Part shown: positions 38,650-47,474 of the stretch, in pieces | Layout: the number at the start of each line of letters is the position of its first letter | Position numbering within the stretch: the stretch's first letter is position 1 | Assembly (NCBI GenBank): GCA_963933835.1 | Contig: CAWVVV010000004.1 | Location: forward strand, 32,001 to 96,000 | Length of the DNA stretch: 64,000 nt | Direction of reading: 5' to 3' | Source of the DNA: an uncultured Puniceicoccaceae bacterium | GTDB taxonomy: Bacteria; Verrucomicrobiota; Verrucomicrobiia; Opitutales; Oceanipulchritudinaceae | Position numbers and translations under genes: made by a program | Notes under the pieces: model-generated | Database searches by the model: none | What the model saw: only the letters and a program-made list of their open reading frames with translations | What the model was told of the DNA's origin: nothing

Positions 38650-39996
38650 ATGTTTGAACGCCTACCAGGCTTCCGAGATTTTTACCCAGAGGATTGTGCT
38701 CGTAGAAACTACTTGTTTCGCGTCTGGGCACAAACGGCAGTGCGTTTTGGTTTCGTAGAGTATGACGCCCCTGCGCTCGAACCGCTCGAACTTTTTACGG
38801 AAAAAAGTGGGCCCGAAATTGTCTCCCAGCTTTTCAACTTCACTGACAAGGGTGGTCGCGAAGTCACTTTGCGCCCAGAACTGACGCCGTCGCTCGCGCG
38901 GATGGTCGGTGCGAAGGCAAACAGCCTGAAGCGTCCCCTCAAGTGGTTCAGTATCGGTGAGAACTACCGCTATGAGAAGCAGCAGAAGGGTCGCCTGCGC
39001 TCATTTTATCAGCTCAACGTCGATATCCTCGGCGAAGCTGGACCTAGCGCGGATGCTGAGATCATCGCGCTCTACATCGAGACGCTGCGCAACTTCGGTC
39101 TGACGGATGATGACTTCTGCGTCCGCCTAAGTGACCGCGATCTGTGGGTGGCTTACCTCGCGGCGCTCGGCTATGAGGGAGAGGCAGCCTTTGGTATTCT
39201 CGGCGTGATTGATAAGCGAGAGCGATTGAGCCCCGAGGCGCTGGCTGAAAAGCTGAGCCCGTGGTTCAACGACGCGACGGAAGAATTTGTCGCTCAGCTC
39301 GATGCGATTTGCTCGATGCGTGATTTTGAGGAGTTGATGGCCTTTTTCCCGACTTTAGCACCTAATCAAGAGATCCGTGACCGGATCGAAGCACGCTTGG
39401 CCGATTGGTCGAAGCTGATGAGCGGGCTTGAGGCCTTTGGGGTTAAGTCATTCATCCGCCTCGACTTGGGCATCGTGCGTGGGCTCGCCTATTATACAGG
39501 CTTTGTCTTCGAGGTCTTTGAGCGCGAAGGCGAAAAACTTGTTGGTCGCGCCCTTGCTGGTGGTGGTCGCTACGACCATCTCGTTGAGAAGCTCGGTTAT
39601 CCAGCGATGCCGGCGGTCGGTTTTGGCAGCGGCGATGTCACTTTGGCTGACCTGCTCGATAAAAAGGGGCTCTTCCCGAAAGTGGTCATGAGCCCGGATG
39701 TCTACGTCGTGATCGGCGGCGAGGACGAGACGGTTCCTGCCCTCGAAGCGGTTGCTGTGCTAAGGCGTGGAGGCATTTCCGTCGAATACGCGCTGAAGAA
39801 GACCGCCTTTGGTAAGCAATTCAAAAACGCTGGCGCGAGTGGCGCACGCCTCACCCTCGTTTTTGGCTCGGAAGAAGTTGCTCAAGAGGTCGTCAAAATA
39901 AAGGACATGCGTTCGGGCGGTGAAACGACCGTTCCAGCGCTCCGAATCAACGAATGCGTCCAAGCATTTCTGGAAGAAGGCATTCCTGCCAGCTAA
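38650..39996 (+). CDS. hisS: Histidine--tRNA ligase
   Basis: LRPELTP, RYEKQQKGRLR, RGLAYYTG, GGGRYD; anticodon-binding domain. Confidence 0.96.
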   Translation: MFERLPGFRDFYPEDCARRNYLFRVWAQTAVRFGFVEYDAPALEPLELFTEKSGPEIVSQLFNFTDKGGREVTLRPELTPSLARMVGAKANSLKRPLKWFSIGENYRYEKQQKGRLRSFYQLNVDILGEAGPSADAEIIALYIETLRNFGLTDDDFCVRLSDRDLWVAYLAALGYEGEAAFGILGVIDKRERLSPEALAEKLSPWFNDATEEFVAQLDAICSMRDFEELMAFFPTLAPNQEIRDRIEARLADWSKLMSGLEAFGVKSFIRLDLGIVRGLAYYTGFVFEVFEREGEKLVGRALAGGGRYDHLVEKLGYPAMPAVGFGSGDVTLADLLDKKGLFPKVVMSPDVYVVIGGEDETVPALEAVAVLRRGGISVEYALKKTAFGKQFKNAGASGARLTLVFGSEEVAQEVVKIKDMRSGGETTVPALRINECVQAFLEEGIPAS

Positions 39997-40057
39997 ACGG
40001 CATCGACCTGTTTACCGTCTTGTCTTTGTAAATTACCCTCCGATAATCCCGCACCTT

Positions 40058-40684
40058 ATGTTGAAAACCCTTTCGCTCCTGGCGCTGTCCGCCTTGCTGC
40101 TTTTATCCGCAGGTTGCCGTTCGAAGAAAACCTATCCGGTTCTCTACAAGCCAGGTGACATGCCGACATGGCGCGTGGCTGAATCGAGTGGTGAGTTCGT
40201 TGAGCGACCCGTCGTCGTGATCACGACAAACTTGGGCATGTTCACGATAGAGCTCTTTGAAGGGGAGGCACCGGTCTCAACGGAGAACTTTCTCCGCTAC
40301 ATCGATGCCGGTCATTATGATGAAACGATCTTTCACCGCGTGATTTCTGGATTCATGGTCCAAGGCGGTGGCTTCACTAAAGGGATGCGTGAAAAGGTGA
40401 CCAGTGGCACGATTATCAATGAGTCAAACAATGGCCTAGCAAATCGCCGCGGAACCGTCGCGATGGCTCGGACAAGTGATCCCAACAGCGCCTCGGCCCA
40501 ATTCTTTGTCAACGTTGTCGACAACACCTTCCTCAACGGTGGTTCACGGAGTGACGGCTATGCAGTCTTCGGTCGTGTCATCGACGGCATGTCCGTTGTT
40601 GACCAGATCGCTAGCCAAGACACAGGCGAGGGTGATGTTCCGGTTGAGACCGTCGAAATTCTCTCCGCGCGTCGCGATTCCTAG
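40058..40684 (+). CDS. Cyclophilin-type peptidyl-prolyl isomerase (lipoprotein)
   Basis: Lipobox LSAGC; FHRVISGFMVQGGG, AMART, QFFVN, YAVFG. Confidence 0.93.
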   Translation: MLKTLSLLALSALLLLSAGCRSKKTYPVLYKPGDMPTWRVAESSGEFVERPVVVITTNLGMFTIELFEGEAPVSTENFLRYIDAGHYDETIFHRVISGFMVQGGGFTKGMREKVTSGTIINESNNGLANRRGTVAMARTSDPNSASAQFFVNVVDNTFLNGGSRSDGYAVFGRVIDGMSVVDQIASQDTGEGDVPVETVEILSARRDS

Positions 40685-40695
40685 GATACTGACCT

Positions 40696-41562
40696 ATGCC
40701 GCTTGAGGTTTTATCGGCGCCGTGGCCTGACTACGAATTACTTGATTCAGGCAATGGCCTGAAGCTTGAGCGCTTTGGCGAACACCGCCTCATCCGTGAG
40801 GAGCCCAAAGCGTGGTGGCGTCCTGCGACGGGTGAGGAGCAATGGAAGCGCTCCTTCGCGACTTGTGATCGGACAGGGAAGTGGAACCTACGTTCGCCCA
40901 GAGAAAGCCGCCAGTGGCAGCTGAAGCTCGGCAAGATACGTTTTGAGGCACGCCTCACCGACATGTCGAAGCATGTCGGTGTCTTTCCTGAGCAATGCCC
41001 GCATTGGAACTGGATGACGGCGAAGCTCAAGCAACGCCCAGGGGCCAGGGTTCTAAACCTTTTTGGATACACCGGCGCTGCAAGCCTTGTCGCCGCTGCG
41101 GCTGGGGCACAGGTCACCCATGTCGATGCCTCAAAGCCGGCTCTCGCCTGGGCTCGCCACAATCAGGCGCTTTCCGGCATGGATGAGCTGCCGATCCGCT
41201 GGCTGCTCGACGATGCCTTCCGCTTTGTTGCGCGCGAGGTGCGGCGGGGGAAACCCTACGACGTTATCTTACTCGACCCTCCGAGTTTCGGACGTGGGCC
41301 CAAGGGTGAGGTATGGAAAGTGGAGGCACAGATTGTCGATTTTCTGCACAACATGCGGCGACTCCTGAGTGACAATCCACTTTGCCTCGTGCTCACGATG
41401 TATAACCTCGAAGCCTCCTCGATCATGCTCGAAAACCTCGTTCGTGATCAGCTTCCGGCGGGTAAAGTGACGGCTGGCGAGCTCGCGCTCGAACCGAAGT
41501 ATGGTCATCATCGCTTGCCGCTCTCGCTCTATGCTCGCTGGGAAACTCCCGCGGGCGCTTGA
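40696..41562 (+). CDS. Class I SAM-dependent methyltransferase (RlmI-like)
   Basis: YELLDSG..KLERFG, KHVGVFPEQ, LNLFGYTG, DPPSFGRGP. Confidence 0.88.
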   Translation: MPLEVLSAPWPDYELLDSGNGLKLERFGEHRLIREEPKAWWRPATGEEQWKRSFATCDRTGKWNLRSPRESRQWQLKLGKIRFEARLTDMSKHVGVFPEQCPHWNWMTAKLKQRPGARVLNLFGYTGAASLVAAAAGAQVTHVDASKPALAWARHNQALSGMDELPIRWLLDDAFRFVAREVRRGKPYDVILLDPPSFGRGPKGEVWKVEAQIVDFLHNMRRLLSDNPLCLVLTMYNLEASSIMLENLVRDQLPAGKVTAGELALEPKYGHHRLPLSLYARWETPAGA

Positions 41563-41592
41563 ACCTTTCTTGAATCCAGCTTTTTATAAGCG

Positions 41593-43014
41593 GTGGAAAT
41601 TATCCAAACAGATCGGCACAAGGATCCTTCGAAAGATGAGTTTAAGCTCTTTCTCGGGGTTTGTCGCGATGCTGCTGAAGAGGATGATCACTACAAAATC
41701 GCGAGCATCACCTTAAAGACCCGCAGTCTCAATCCGCTCGCAGTCCTCGAGTCGATTTACGAGCGGGATGAGTTCCACTTTTATATCGAGCGCCCTTCAG
41801 AGGGCATTGCACTGGCAGGTGCCGAAGCCGTTGTGCTCGGAACATTCTCCGGCGCAGATCGGGTGCAAGCGGTCAAAGCCTGGAGCGAAGAGGTGCTTGA
41901 GCACTGCGTCGCGGTGGGCGATCTCGAAGCGCCGATGGCAGGGCCGCACTTTTATGTCGGCCTGACTTTTGAAGAGACGGTTGAGAGTGGAGCAGCGTTT
42001 GCGCCCGCGACGATTTTCTTACCCCGCTGGCAAGTGGCGAAGACGGGGTCATCAACTACTGCGGTGGCCAACTTCCGCGTTGATCCTGAGAGTGACCTCG
42101 ACGCCTTGGTTGAAAAGCTTTGGGCAGCGTATGAGAAATTTAATACATTTTCCTATCGAGATTCTGAGACGCCGGAGCCTTCGCTTGTTTTAGAACAAAG
42201 CGAAGTAGGGGAGTCGGGTGATTTTCAAAAAAGCGTCGTTGTAGGGTTGGAGAAAATTGACGCTGGCGAAGTCGATAAAGTCGTCTTGGCTCGAGCGATC
42301 GATGCAGAGTTTGATCGACCCTTTAGGCCCTTAGTCACCCTCGCTGGCTTACGAGAGCGCTTCACTAGCTGCTTCGCCTTTTCATTCGAGAACGACCACG
42401 GCCAGAGCTTCATCGGAGCAACCCCCGAGCTTCTCATCAGAGTCGCTGATAAGACCTTCTTTACCGAGGCGCTTGCTGGAACCGCTCCGCGTGGCGTGGG
42501 CGCGGGCGAGGATGCTCAAAACGCGCAATCGCTTTTAAACAGTGCGAAGGATCTTCGTGAGCACGCTCACGTCGTCGATTCGATCCGCCGAAGCTTGAGT
42601 GCGATCGGAATTGAACTGAAGCACCCAGGCTCGCCTGCACTGCGCACCTTACCCAACGTGTACCATTTGCATACACCCCTTGAAGGTGCCCTGCCAGAGG
42701 GACCGCATCTTCTCGACCTCATCGATCAGTTACATCCCACGCCAGCCGTCGGTGGAACGCCGCGCGAAAAAGCAGTCCCGATCATCGCTCAGTTGGAGCC
42801 CTTTGAACGCGGTCTCTATGCCGGCGCTCTTGGCTATTTCGATCACACCGGTGAAGGTGAATTTTGCGTCGGCCTACGCGCAGGTCTAGTCGATGGAAAA
42901 AGTGCGCGCCTCTACGCGGGCGCAGGCATCGTCGCAGGTTCAGATCCCCAAGCCGAATGGCGCGAAACCGAAATGAAATTCGCCGCCATCCGCGACGCGA
43001 TTGCAGGGGAGTGA
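41593..43014 (+). CDS. menF: Isochorismate synthase
   Basis: KVVLAR, GATPELL, EALAGT, KDLREH, LHPTPAVGG, ERGLYAG, YAGAGIV. Confidence 0.88.
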   Translation: MEIIQTDRHKDPSKDEFKLFLGVCRDAAEEDDHYKIASITLKTRSLNPLAVLESIYERDEFHFYIERPSEGIALAGAEAVVLGTFSGADRVQAVKAWSEEVLEHCVAVGDLEAPMAGPHFYVGLTFEETVESGAAFAPATIFLPRWQVAKTGSSTTAVANFRVDPESDLDALVEKLWAAYEKFNTFSYRDSETPEPSLVLEQSEVGESGDFQKSVVVGLEKIDAGEVDKVVLARAIDAEFDRPFRPLVTLAGLRERFTSCFAFSFENDHGQSFIGATPELLIRVADKTFFTEALAGTAPRGVGAGEDAQNAQSLLNSAKDLREHAHVVDSIRRSLSAIGIELKHPGSPALRTLPNVYHLHTPLEGALPEGPHLLDLIDQLHPTPAVGGTPREKAVPIIAQLEPFERGLYAGALGYFDHTGEGEFCVGLRAGLVDGKSARLYAGAGIVAGSDPQAEWRETEMKFAAIRDAIAGE

Positions 43015-43144
43015 TGGTTGAGCTCACCAACGGAGCCCAAAGGGCGGAGTTGGGTGCTTTGACTGGTTAGTGGGTTTGTTTGGTCGGATGGGTAGTCATG
43101 GGAAAGTGGATCTTTCATCCAGGGAATCTAGATTTCTGTCTTAC

Positions 43145-43272
43145 CTTTGCGTCTTGGGGTCTTTGCGTGGGAACTTTTTTATCGTAGTGAGAAATCCTTA
43201 CAGCTGATGAGAAATTCTATTTTCTGTATTCTTTGACCACCCGCTTCGCTAGAGGGCACAGAGTTCACGGAG
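43145..43272. repeat. Isolated REP-like half-sites
   Basis: CTTTGCGTCTTggggtCTTTGCGTGGGA (~43145-43172) and AGAGGGCACAGAGTTCACGGAG (~43251-43272). Confidence 0.45.
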
Positions 43273-43452
43273 AAATACGCCTAAGTTCTTTTTGCTCATT
43301 GGGCTCTGTGGTTTGATCGAATTCCTTTTTTAATCACTAACGTTGAACTGACTCGATGGCGCGTGGATGTGCTGACAACTAATACAAATACACCCTTTCA
43401 GACTCTCAATTTTTGATTCGCGAGGATGGTAGTATTCTCTTTCTTTATTCGG

Positions 43453-43629
43453 ATGCTACAAGCATCTGATTTTTTTGATTTCCCTGGATCGCTTCCTTTC
43501 GCGGAGTTTTTCTCTGCCGACGCAGCTCCATGGGAGTGGTTGCCGCATTTTAGCTCTATTGGAGATAGTATATTGGGCAACAAAGCGCATCTGGGTGCGG
43601 GTGTGAAGAGTCCGCTCGATAGCCTTTGA
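43453..43629 (+). pseudogene. Internally deleted remnant of a GlmU-like hexapeptide-repeat transferase
   Basis: MLQASDFFDFP..APWEWLP is joined directly to HFSSIGDSILGNKAHLGAGV (the HFxYxGDSILG..HLGAG motif); a stop follows 7 codons later. Confidence 0.7.
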
Positions 43630-43785
43630 ATTCAAATACGCTGCCGCCCTTGGTCGGGCTGCGGTGGAGCCGGATCGTCGGGTGGAGTTGACGTTGAGTG
43701 CTCAGATAGGAGCAGGGAAAGACGTTATCTAGATGAGGCTATGCTCGGTGGGTTGGCAAGGCGGAAACGGGGTATGTCATTTGCA

Positions 43786-44161
43786 TGGATGAACAGGATC
43801 AGCAGGATAGCTTGGGCTCTTTATATTTGGAACCACAGAAGGGCACAGAACTGGGGGCTCTGGCTTTGGTTCTGTAAGTTATCTCACGGAGGCACGGAGG
43901 CTTAGGCTCTGTTGTATTTGAACAGGAGGAAGCATTCGACAGGCTCATGTCAGGAGAAGGCACAAAACTTAGGCTCTGTAGTTTCAGTCCACGAATCACA
44001 CGAATTCTTTTCTCTGTGTGCTCTGTGCCTCTGTGAGAGAATCATCAGTTGATCAAATCAGTGTCTATCCGTTCCCATCCGTGGTTGAGCTTTGAAGTCG
44101 TTATCTTTCCTCAGTGTCCTGCTGTAGGAATTAGCTTCTGTGTTTTTGCGCCTTTAGTGGT
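43786..44161. repeat. Composite array of several REP-like halves separated by a recurring CTTAGGCTCTGT-like linker
   Basis: Linkers at 43811, 43851, 43864, 43901 and 43968. Inverted pairs: 43882-43899/44021-44038 (16/18), 43957-43967/44144-44154 (10/11), 43800-43807/44117-44124 (8/8). Confidence 0.75.
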
Positions 44162-44215
44162 GAGATTTTTTATAGCACGGTTGACTGAGGTTTGTAGTAA
44201 TTCGATGGGTACATG

Positions 44216-44245
44216 AAAAAGCTCCCGCGTATTCGGCGGGAGCTT
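44216..44245 (-). terminator. Rho-independent terminator of the tlpA-queA-sigma-antisigma unit
   Basis: AAGCTCCCGC-gtattcg-GCGGGAGCTT perfect stem with a T tract on the minus strand. Confidence 0.85.
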
Positions 44246-44277
44246 GAAAGGGTTGGGCCGTCTGGCCGACGTGCGTC

Positions 44278-45069
44278 TTAGAGCATCGTGATGACGCGGT
44301 CTTGTGATTCTTGGGTGGCGAGGACGTAGATTTGATCTTCGCGTGTCCAGGTGGCGCAGCAGTGTTCGTCGATAGTGCTGACGAAGTGGTTCGGCATGTC
44401 GGACTGTTCAGGGAAGTGTTTTCGATCGACGGTGAAAATGTGGAAGACGGATTCATCTTCAGCGCGGAAACACATCATCCCGACGGGAACGCCATCGACT
44501 TCGATGTAGGCGCAGGCAAAGCCGCTTTCAGAGGAGATCGATTCTGGAAGAAATTTTGGAGTGGGTGCGCCTTCACCTTCGAGGAAACTGACGAGGGTGC
44601 CGTAGTTGTTGCTCTGCGTCGTGGTGAAGCCGTGGGCCTCGAGGATATCTTCGAGCGTGGCCATGAGGCTGGCGACTTCTGCACTCGGGCGCGCGCCTTG
44701 CGGCGGGAAAACAAAGGTAAAGGCGAGGACTAGGATCGCAACGGCTGCGGCGGCACCAGTAAAAGCACTCCAGTGCCAGCTGTTACGGGTCGGGGCAGGC
44801 TCAGAGAAAGTGGCGATGGCGGCGTCCTCTTGAGCGAGGGCGGCGGCTTTGGCGAGGATCGCATCTTGGAGTCCGGCGGGGACGGCTGATCCGGCTACTT
44901 TGGCGCGTATAGCGGCATCGAAGGCTTTTTCTTCGCCCCACCACCGGCTAAGCTCGGGGTCGGCGATTGAGGCTTCGAGGGCATCGGCACAGGCGTCCGT
45001 CGGCGGTTCGCCGAGACTCGGGTCGTAGGCGTGAAGCGCGTCGCGGTGGTCTTGACCAGAAGGTTGCAA
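44278..45069 (-). CDS. Putative membrane-anchored anti-sigma factor
   Basis: Directly downstream of the ECF sigma. DPELSRWW..E.AFDAAI..K...VPAGL, a single TM helix, and a periplasmic domain with C..VGMMCF. Confidence 0.7.
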   Translation of the reverse strand: MQPSGQDHRDALHAYDPSLGEPPTDACADALEASIADPELSRWWGEEKAFDAAIRAKVAGSAVPAGLQDAILAKAAALAQEDAAIATFSEPAPTRNSWHWSAFTGAAAAVAILVLAFTFVFPPQGARPSAEVASLMATLEDILEAHGFTTTQSNNYGTLVSFLEGEGAPTPKFLPESISSESGFACAYIEVDGVPVGMMCFRAEDESVFHIFTVDRKHFPEQSDMPNHFVSTIDEHCCATWTREDQIYVLATQESQDRVITML

Positions 45070-45105
45070 TGGATTAGTCAGCGTTAAAGGGACAATCGGG
45101 GGCGT

Positions 45106-45621
45106 TCAATTATTCCAGCTTTTTTTCTCGAAGAGCTTTTTTAGCTGAGTTTTGCCCCGGCTGAGGCGTGACATGACGGTTCCGATCGGAATATCGAGGG
45201 CCTCGGAGATTTCCTTGTAGGTCTGGTCTTCTAGGTAAAAGAGGCTGAGTGGGCCTCGGTAGATTTCATCGACGCCTTGGAGGGCTTCGAGGACATCACT
45301 CACTTCGGCGCTCTGGACGACGGTCGGCTGACCCGGCGGGAGCTCGCGCTCAAAATCATCGGGCTCGATGTCGGCCTGACGCACGCCACGGCGGCGAATA
45401 CGAAGAAATTGGCGGTAGAGGGTGGTGAAGAGCCAGCTCTTGACCTTACTTTTGTCGCGCAGGGCATCGCCTTTCTTGGCCCAGATGAGAAAAGTTTCCT
45501 GCACGAGATCTCTCGCGTCGGATTCATTCTTCGCGAGTGAGAAGGCGAAACGAAAGAGGTTCTCGTAGTATTCAGCGACGAGTTTAGTAAAATCGGGGGA
45601 GACCTGAGACGGAGCAGACAT
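45106..45621 (-). CDS. ECF RNA polymerase sigma factor
   Basis: DARDLVQETF, KSWLF, YKEISEALDIPIGTVMSRLSRG. Confidence 0.95.
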   Translation of the reverse strand: MSAPSQVSPDFTKLVAEYYENLFRFAFSLAKNESDARDLVQETFLIWAKKGDALRDKSKVKSWLFTTLYRQFLRIRRRGVRQADIEPDDFERELPPGQPTVVQSAEVSDVLEALQGVDEIYRGPLSLFYLEDQTYKEISEALDIPIGTVMSRLSRGKTQLKKLFEKKSWNN

Positions 45622-45630
45622 AAGTAGCGT

Positions 45631-46713
45631 TTAGCTAATGAGCATGGCGTCGCCGTAACTGTAAAACCGATAATTTCGATCGAGCGCTTCCCGGTAGATA
45701 TCTTTGAGCCATTCGATGCCGTCGGTGCTCTCGGGGGTCAGAAAAGACGAGACGAGGCAAAGGAGGGTGGAACGCGGGAGGTGAAAGTTCGTCAAGAGTG
45801 CCTCCACAGCAAAGCGGTTGGGGGGGTAAATGAAGAGGTTGGCTGCGCTGACAAAGGCTTCGTTGGGCGAATTTGTGGCTCCGGCCTGAATCTTACGGGC
45901 GTAGTCTTCGCTCGCGCGCAGGGAGGTGGTGCCGACGGCGAGGCGCGGGTGGGTCGGGTTGGGTTGAAGCGCGGCCACGGTGCTGCTCGGGATCTCGTAG
46001 GTCTCGGAGTGCATGACATGCGCTTCGATCTCGTCGGCTTGGATCGGGCGGAAGGTATCTAGCCCGACGTGGAGGGTAAGGTCATGAAACTGATGACCGC
46101 CCTGCTTGAGCTCCGCAATGAGCTCGGGGGTGAAATGGAGCCCGGCGGTGGGTGCGGCGGCGGCAACGGTTTGGTCTGGGGCAGCGTAGACGGTGTTGTA
46201 GCGATCGCGGTCGAGCTCGGTGCGTGGGTCCTCTGGGCCGTCGCGGCGAATGTAGGGTGGCAGTGGCATCTCGCCGTCGCGCTCGGAGAGCTCAAGGACA
46301 CTCTTTGCGGAGTGGAGGGTAAAGCGCACGAGGCATTGGCCTTCTTCGCTCTTGTCGAGGACGGTTGCTTCATCATCGGACCCGATACTGAAGGTCGTGC
46401 CGACGGGGAGCTTTTTACCCGGCTTTAGGAGGCACCACCATTCTTCGGGGTTTTGACCAGGGTGGAGAAGAAGGCATTCGACCTTGCCGCCGGTCTCGCG
46501 CTGCCCTCGGAGACGGGCGCGCAGGACGCGGGCATTGTTTCGAATGATCGCATATGGTGTCCCTAAAAGCTCGGGGAGGTCGCGAATCTGATGGTGCGTC
46601 ACGGCCTTGGTTTGGCGATCTACGCAGAGCAGTTTGGCGTCGTCGCGACGTTCCGTCGGCTTTTGTGCGATCGCTTCGGGCGGGAGTTCAAAGTCAAAAA
46701 GAGCAGCTTCCAC
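45631..46713 (-). CDS. queA: S-adenosylmethionine:tRNA ribosyltransferase-isomerase
   Basis: FDFELP..IAQ, MPLPPYI, AAPTAGLHFT, LHVG, NFHLPRSTL, YRFYSYGDAMLI. Confidence 0.96.
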   Translation of the reverse strand: MEAALFDFELPPEAIAQKPTERRDDAKLLCVDRQTKAVTHHQIRDLPELLGTPYAIIRNNARVLRARLRGQRETGGKVECLLLHPGQNPEEWWCLLKPGKKLPVGTTFSIGSDDEATVLDKSEEGQCLVRFTLHSAKSVLELSERDGEMPLPPYIRRDGPEDPRTELDRDRYNTVYAAPDQTVAAAAPTAGLHFTPELIAELKQGGHQFHDLTLHVGLDTFRPIQADEIEAHVMHSETYEIPSSTVAALQPNPTHPRLAVGTTSLRASEDYARKIQAGATNSPNEAFVSAANLFIYPPNRFAVEALLTNFHLPRSTLLCLVSSFLTPESTDGIEWLKDIYREALDRNYRFYSYGDAMLIS

Positions 46714-46744
46714 AGGCGTGAAGGTGTGGGGCGGGCGATCCGCG

Positions 46745-47338
46745 TCAACGACGGGATAGCACTGCGACAGAACCCGGCGCGAGGTGCGACTGGGCGAGTT
46801 CGAGCAAATCGGCTTTATCGGTCTGACCTTCGAAGTGACCGACGAGCTGGCCTTCGGCGTCGTAAATCAAAAGGGTTGGGACGGCACGAATCGCGCTCAT
46901 CTCGGCGTGGTCTGAACGGTCCGTATAGACGACAGGAAAGGGGAGTTCAGCTTCTGCGGCATAGCGCACCACTTGGTCTTCGCGTTTGGCCCCATCGAGG
47001 CTGATGCCGATGATGGAGAGGCCAGCGGGCGAGAGTTCCTCATGCAGCTCACGTAGGGTGGCGAGTTCCCGGTGACAGTTGGGGCACCATGTAGCCCAAA
47101 AGGCGATGATTGTGAGATCGCCAGCGAGCGCCTGTAGATCATGCGTCTGACCGTCGATACCTTTTAGACTCCACTCCGGGAGTTGGGCGGGAACGGGCGC
47201 AGTTGTCGTCGCTGACTGATTATAGGGAACAAGTCTGCATGCTGATCCACTGCTGCCGCGAAAGACCGAGAGTCCGAGCAGGCCGCTGCCTAAAACAAAG
47301 GCAGCGAGGACAATTTTCTGTGATCGACGAAGAGGCAT
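46745..47338 (-). CDS. TlpA-family thiol-disulfide oxidoreductase
   Basis: N-terminal anchor; FWATWCPNC, AVPT. Confidence 0.9.
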   Translation of the reverse strand: MPLRRSQKIVLAAFVLGSGLLGLSVFRGSSGSACRLVPYNQSATTTAPVPAQLPEWSLKGIDGQTHDLQALAGDLTIIAFWATWCPNCHRELATLRELHEELSPAGLSIIGISLDGAKREDQVVRYAAEAELPFPVVYTDRSDHAEMSAIRAVPTLLIYDAEGQLVGHFEGQTDKADLLELAQSHLAPGSVAVLSRR

Positions 47339-47474
47339 CTATAACTAGCTGGAGACTTAAGAAGATCGACTATTCCACATTCTTTTTGACGCGTTCTCCG
47401 AACCCATTGTTATCAAGTGCACTGTTCTTTCAGCTTTTCACCCTTATCCCAACCTTTCGAATAGCCTCAATAAG

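Noticed and set aside
43330..43370. Integron attC-like CTAAC core
   Set aside because: No matching GTTRRRY partner or L boxes identified, and no integrase.
43630..43722. Short open frame FKYAAALGRAAVEPDRRVELTLSAQIGAGKDVI after the GlmU-like remnant
   Set aside because: No start codon for this frame and no family recognisable; it may be another fragment but cannot be supported.
43786..44161. CRISPR array
   Set aside because: The linker is only 10-13 bp and degenerate, spacing is irregular, the 'spacers' are themselves repeats, and there are no cas genes.
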